Of a stretch of 16,351 bases of DNA, positions 11,679 through 16,351 are shown piece by piece. The notes beneath the pieces are model-generated. The model saw nothing but the letters and a program-made list of their open reading frames with translations, was not told where the DNA came from and searched no databases. The stretch lies in NCBI GenBank assembly GCA_002104945.1, contig MCFH01000211.1, forward strand, positions 1 through 16,351. The letters run 5' to 3'. This DNA comes from Piromyces finnis finn (taxonomy: Eukaryota > Fungi > Neocallimastigomycota). Position 1 is the stretch's first letter. Each line of letters begins with the position of its first letter. The translations under genes and the position numbers were made by a program.

Positions 11679-12739
11679 TTAAAAGTTTAAACAACTAGAT
11701 GGAATACCACACCATTTATCATCTTCGAACCCCATTCACCATTTTCATCGATTTCAAAGATAGTACAAGTCTTCTTACAACACGCGTAACCTAACTCTTC
11801 AGACCAACAGTCTTTTTCTTCAACAATTTTATAGTATGGTGTAAGACCACACCATTCCTTTAACTTGTAATTATAACTCCAATTACCATAGGAATCAGTA
11901 TAGAATACTGTGCTTACTTCTAAAGGACAACAATTGTATCCAATGGTTCAGCAATACACTTGTACTTTGGTTCAACTTCAGTAGTCGTAGTTGGTTCAAT
12001 TTCAGTAGTAGTAGTTGGTTCAATTTCAATAGTAGTTGGTTCAATTTCAATAGTAGTTGGTTCAACTTCAGTAGTCGTAGTTGGTTCAATTTCAGTAGTA
12101 GTAGTTGGTTCAATTTCAATAGTAGTTAGTTCAATTTCAATAGTAGTTGGTTCAACTTCAGTAGTAGTAGTTGGTTCAACTTCAGTAGTAGTAGTTGGTT
12201 CAATTTCAATAATAGTTGGTTCAATTTCAGTAGTCGTAGTTGATTCAATTTCAATAGTCGTAGTTGGTTCAACTTCAGTTGTAGTAGTACCTTCTATTTC
12301 TGAACCAGAAACAATCCAATCAATAGGCTTTTCAAATTAAAAGATTTGGTTTCACCCTTCTTAATTGGAATCCAAACAGTTATTGGATCCTTACCAATTT
12401 GTTCAAGAGTGGCATCAGCTGGGAGAGAAGACTTCTTAACATTAGTTGGAATGGTAACTGGAACAGTACAATCACCATTGAAAGCGGAAACAGAAACACC
12501 AACAATTTGATCATTTTGTACAAGTAATTTAGTTTCATGACCACAAGCTTCTAATTTAGCACGTTCTTAATTAAATCATATGGGATACCATAAGATTTTA
12601 AATTGAGAGTAATCATATCATCTTCCATATTTTTAGTTGTTAAAACTAAAGTTTTCATAGTAATAGCTTTTTGACCAGAAACCATAGTCATAGCAATAGC
12701 CAAACTAATAGTTTTAATAATTTTTGATAATAGAGCCAT
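11679..12739 (-). CDS. Secreted double-dockerin protein: signal peptide + Agd3-like N-terminal start fused to an Agd3-like C-terminal beta domain (catalytic middle absent) + E/P/T repeat linker + 2 fungal dockerins; frameshifted
   Basis: MALLSKIIKTISLAIAMTMVSG (signal-like) QKAITMKTLVLTTKNMEDDMITLNLKSYGIPYDLI / ERAKLEACGHETKLLVQNDQIVGVSVSAFNGDCTVPVTIPTNVKKSSLPADATLEQIGKDPITVWIPIKKGETKSFN / EKPIDWIVSGSEIEG-(E[VI]EPT3-4)n-KYKCIAEPL / YNCCPLEVSTVFYTDSYGNWSYNYKLKEWCGLTPY..DCWSEELGYACCKKTCTIFEIDENGEWG / FEDDKWCGIPSSCLNF*. Frame joins are at ~12567, ~12335, ~11941 and ~11730. The dockerins are a strong call; the Agd3 similarity is from recalled motifs (about 0.6 confidence). Confidence 0.8.
11691..11962 (-). 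other. Tandem pair of fungal non-catalytic dockerin domains (CBM10-like)
   Basis: Two copies of C-x2-E-x-LGY-x-CC...V/I-x2-D-x2-G-x-W...WCG, the hallmark of Neocallimastigomycota cellulosomal dockerins. Confidence 0.9.
11969..12290 (-). repeat. Coding tandem repeat: ~14 units of 21/24 bp encoding E[VI]EPTT(T)[TI], with a higher-order 90-bp period
   Basis: 11971-12060 and 12061-12150 are identical except at one base (12128). A third, diverged period follows. Confidence 0.95.
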
Positions 12740-13701
12740 TTTTAAATAGTATTTTTTTTTTATTTACTTTTTTATTTAGTTCATAAAATATTTTTTAATT
12801 TATATGGTATATATATATTTTTATTGTTATATTGTTATATTGTTAACTAATTATTAATTGTTATTATTATTTTTTTCTAACTTTAAAGAAATATGTATTA
12901 TAGATTATATAGTTTAATATAATTCTCTAATTCGAAATTATATAAGCAATAGCCTAAAGTTAAAAATTGATTTTATAAAATATTTAGTATAATTAATAAT
13001 TATAATGTTCTATTTTATATTATTTACTATTATTTATTTATTTAAATAATTGTTATTATATAATAATAACTAATTAGTTTTATTATATTTTTTTTCTTTA
13101 TTTTAATATTATAGGATTATATAATTATATAATTATATATATATATTATTCTTTTTTTTTTTTTTTTAATTTTAAAAAGGGAAAGTCTAAAGATTTTTAT
13201 AGGTAAAAAATGAAATTTTAAATGTCAAAAAATACAATAATTTAATATAAATTTAATAATAATAAAGTTTGTTAATTAATTTATTATATTTGATGAATAA
13301 TTCATTTTTATATTAATAAGGTTTGTGTTTGGAATCAAATCATTTTTAGAGTTTTCTTTTTTTTCTTTTAATTTATTTAAAAAATTCATCAAAAGTTGTT
13401 TTTTTTTTTTGTATAAAAAAGAAAAGGTATTTTATTATCAGCGTTGAGTTGAGTAAATCATTAATAGAGGTTAAAGGTAGATGTTCTTTTTCATTATTAT
13501 TACTTTGTTAATATTTCTATAAATGAGAATTAAAAAATTCTGTTTTAACTTATATTTTATTCTTTGAATCAAATAATAGAAAGAGTTTATTCACAATAGT
13601 TTACCTGCAAAATTTCTCTATAATATTATTATTACTCTAAGTCTTATTAAAAAGTAATATTATTATTATTAATAATATTAATTATTAGTAAAAGTAGTAG
13701 T

Positions 13702-13782
<81 letters not shown>
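13702..13782 (+). repeat. Compound microsatellite (CTA)12(TTA)15
   Basis: Counted directly; degenerate (TTA/ATG)-rich sequence continues to ~13860. Confidence 0.97.
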
Positions 13783-13784
<2 letters not shown>

Positions 13785-14503
13785 TATTATAATTTATTAT
13801 TATGTTTATTATTATTATGTTTATTATTATTATTATGTTTATTATAACTATTATGATTTTAGTAATTTTTATTATATTTATTATTGATACTTTATTTTTT
13901 TGTTACTACTACAAACTATTATTAATGTTAATAGTATTACAATTGTTTGTTATGTATAAATAAAAAATATTGAAAACTATAAAGGATTCAAGTAATGAAT
14001 ATAAAATTATAAATATTAAATAATATAATTAAACATAATGCTAAGAAATATATTCTTATTAAAACAAGTAGAATTGTGATTATGTAATTATTCATTTTCT
14101 ATTAAATAAATTTTTAAAGATTTTTAAAAATATCTTTTTTAAAATGATAAATTTTTTTTTACCAATATTTAAAAGAAATGGTTTAAAAGTTTAAACTCAT
14201 TTATTATAATTCTTTCCTTTTTTTTCATAAAAGAATGATTTATAAGTATTTTTAATATAATTATTAAAAGTTTTTTTTAAAAGGTTTTATATCTAATACA
14301 AAATATTTTCCTTTTTTGGGATTTTTTAACATGAATAATATTTAATAATAAATATATAAAAAAATGAGATTTCATTTAATTATTTTAATTATTTTTTTTA
14401 TTCTTTAACCCTAATAACTTTTAAAAAAATAAAAGAATTAATAACACTCTCTTGGTAACGCTATGATTTTACAAGCTATTTTTACTTTTTATTAATTAAA
14501 TTT

Positions 14504-14757
14504 TTCTGGTTGCTTTTTAGCCTCTGAACATTAATCATTGCCTGGATTTCTGGCTAAGAAAGACATAAATTTTTTTCGTATTAAATAAATGATTCTTTTT
14601 CATTTAAATCTCTGTATTATTTAATTTAAATAATTCTATTGATCAATATATCATTTTCAATTATATGATATTTATTTAATTAAAAAATAAATAAATTTAT
14701 TTATTTTATCATATATTGGAATATAAACAATGCATATTTGTTATATATGGTCCAATA
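14504..14757 (+). repeat. Diverged direct repeat, copy 1 (partner 15547-15907)
   Basis: ttctggttgctttttagcctctgaacattaatcattgcctggatttctggctaa vs ttctggttatcttttagcctcttgaacattaagcattacctgaatttctggctaa; tttaaataattctattgat vs tttaaataattgtattgat; 14710-14757 vs 15860-15907 match at about 39 of 48 positions. Confidence 0.8.
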
Positions 14758-15546
14758 GAAAATATTTTATAGAACAACATATTATTATTATTTGAAAAAA
14801 GGTCATCCTACTAGACATTAATAGCATTATCTTTAGGAAGATGAAATTTGAAATCCGTAAAGTCTGAGTTGAGTTGATTTATTGTAATTTTCATGATATA
14901 CATTTATTTATTCTATTTACTCAAGTACATAATTTTTTATATTTTGAATATTTATTTATTACTAAAAGCTTTGCAACATTCATCATTGTTAAATAACAAA
15001 AAAAAAAAAAAAAACTAAAGTGTATTAAATATTAATAATAGTATTAGTATTAAAAATATTAATGGATAAGCTGAATTGTATTATCAAATACTAAATTGAG
15101 AAAGGAACAGATAATAGAAATATATAAATGCTTTACTACATTATACATATCAAATAAAAATTAAAAATTAAAACAAAAATAAAATAAACGTCATCATCCA
15201 AATATTATGCAATGCATTAGTTATAGCTATTGTTACAAACTTATTTAAGTATATTCATTACATCTACATCCTGTTATATCTTAATATTGTTCTATTTTAA
15301 AAATGAATATTTTTATTATTATTGTTAATTATAGTGGTTTTTGTTATTTTACAATGTTTGACCATGTAAATGAAAATGTAATTAAAAACCAAATAATGTA
15401 ATAAATGTAATAACATTACATAATATAAATGCAACATCCATTCATTATTTTCTGTTTTTAAAAATATTATATAAAATTTAAAATGTATACAAAAAGTGAT
15501 AATAAAATTTATTGGTTACTTATTTATTAAAAATCTGCTTTAATTA

Positions 15547-15907
15547 TTCTGGTTATCTTTTAGCCTCTTGAACATTAAGCATTACCTGAATTTCTGGCTA
15601 AAAAAAAATTTTAGTCATGATTTTTTTGTATGAGTCATCCATTTATTTATATTTATATTTCTATAGTATTATATTAATTGATTTAAATATTTAAATAATT
15701 GTATTGATAATTTATTATTATATATTATACAATTTATTATTCAATAAACCAAACATTTAAATAATGGACATGAATTTTTGATACTTTTTATGTCCACTTT
15801 TTTCATTGGAATTGTCCAGTTTTTAACTTTAAATAGTAATTAAAAAAAATAAAACAATTCATATATTGAAATGTAAACAATATATATTTATAATATATTG
15901 ATCAATA
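15547..15907 (+). repeat. Diverged direct repeat, copy 2 (partner 14504-14757)
   Basis: Same three matching blocks as copy 1. This copy is longer, with extra sequence that overlaps the 161-bp tandem duplication. Confidence 0.8.
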
Positions 15908-15995
15908 AACCAAACATTAAAAATGGACATGAATTTTTTGATACTTTTTATGGCCACTTTCTTCATTGGAATTGTCTGATATGACCAGTTTTTAA
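15742..15995 (+). repeat. Near-tandem duplication of an ~85-93 bp unit, period 161 bp (15742-15826 and 15903-15995)
   Basis: caataaaccaaacatt..aatggacatgaatttttgatactttttatg.ccacttt.ttcattggaattgtc..ccagtttttaa occurs twice; the second copy has a ~9-nt insertion. Confidence 0.9.
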
Positions 15996-16351
15996 GTATG
16001 GCAAAAAAAGTATAAAAAAGGAAAAAATTCAGCTAAATGTTAATTCTTTGCGACATTTTTTTTTGCAAAGAATGAAGCCGAATTAACAAAAAAAACTAAC
16101 TTAAAACTAACTTAACTTTAACAATCCCAGTATTTAATTTGATTTGATTATTTTTTGCGAAAGCTAAGCATAATGGATTCAGATTAAATGCTGAATAAGT
16201 GTAATTAAATTTAATTGCATTTATTAAGAAAATAAAAAGCAAATTTTGACTTAAAAGATTGCTACCATAATATCTGTAGTATTTTAAAGCAAATATGAAG
16301 AAGAATGAAGATTGAGAATTGATACTTTATGGAAATATCTAAGGTTGGGTT

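Noticed and set aside
11895-12119. 74-aa LKLNQL-repeat ORF
   Set aside because: Alternative frame of the EPT linker repeat; the frame continuous with the dockerins is the E/P/T one.
11969-12290. Regular repeats as a CRISPR array
   Set aside because: No unique spacers, codon-multiple units, eukaryotic coding context.
11960-12340. 126-aa VVVGSIS-repeat ORF on +
   Set aside because: Antisense reading of the same tandem repeat.
13430-13860. Possible minus-strand poly-Asn/poly-Ser coding region over the (TTA)/(CTA) repeats
   Set aside because: Flanking frames are dense with stops and no consistent reading path or domain could be built.
15187-15250. Kinase-like fragments (KRHHPNIMQC on +; KKVAIKSIKK at ~15940 and KIACKII at ~14470 on -)
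   Set aside because: Different strands, not in subdomain order, no HRD/DFG motifs; expected by chance.
16238-16295. Peptide KANFDLKDCYHNICS resembling the reverse-transcriptase DLK.AY motif
   Set aside because: Single short match surrounded by stops; no other RT motifs before the window ends.

Overview
Extremely AT-rich eukaryotic DNA, most likely from an anaerobic gut fungus (Neocallimastigomycota); the paired Cys/Trp fungal dockerins are the strongest taxonomic clue. Bases 1-2887 form a spacer-less fold-back palindrome centred at 1449/1450 whose arms differ mostly by 1-nt indels, probably a long-read or assembly artefact at a contig end. Three genes can be rebuilt by hand, each broken by several single-base frameshifts, which suggests an unpolished sequence. 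They are a ~7-TM membrane protein with one intron (5403-~7138, +), a type II membrane SUEL-lectin + GT34 glycosyltransferase (9217-10730, -), and a secreted protein (11679-12739, -). The secreted protein has what look like the two ends of an Agd3-like deacetylase joined without the catalytic middle, then a Glu/Thr/Pro repeat linker and two dockerins. The rest is intergenic DNA with microsatellites, diverged duplications, phased ATGTA clusters and a lone (GGC)5. No RNA genes, CRISPR arrays or intact mobile elements were found. All family assignments are from recalled motifs, not database searches.
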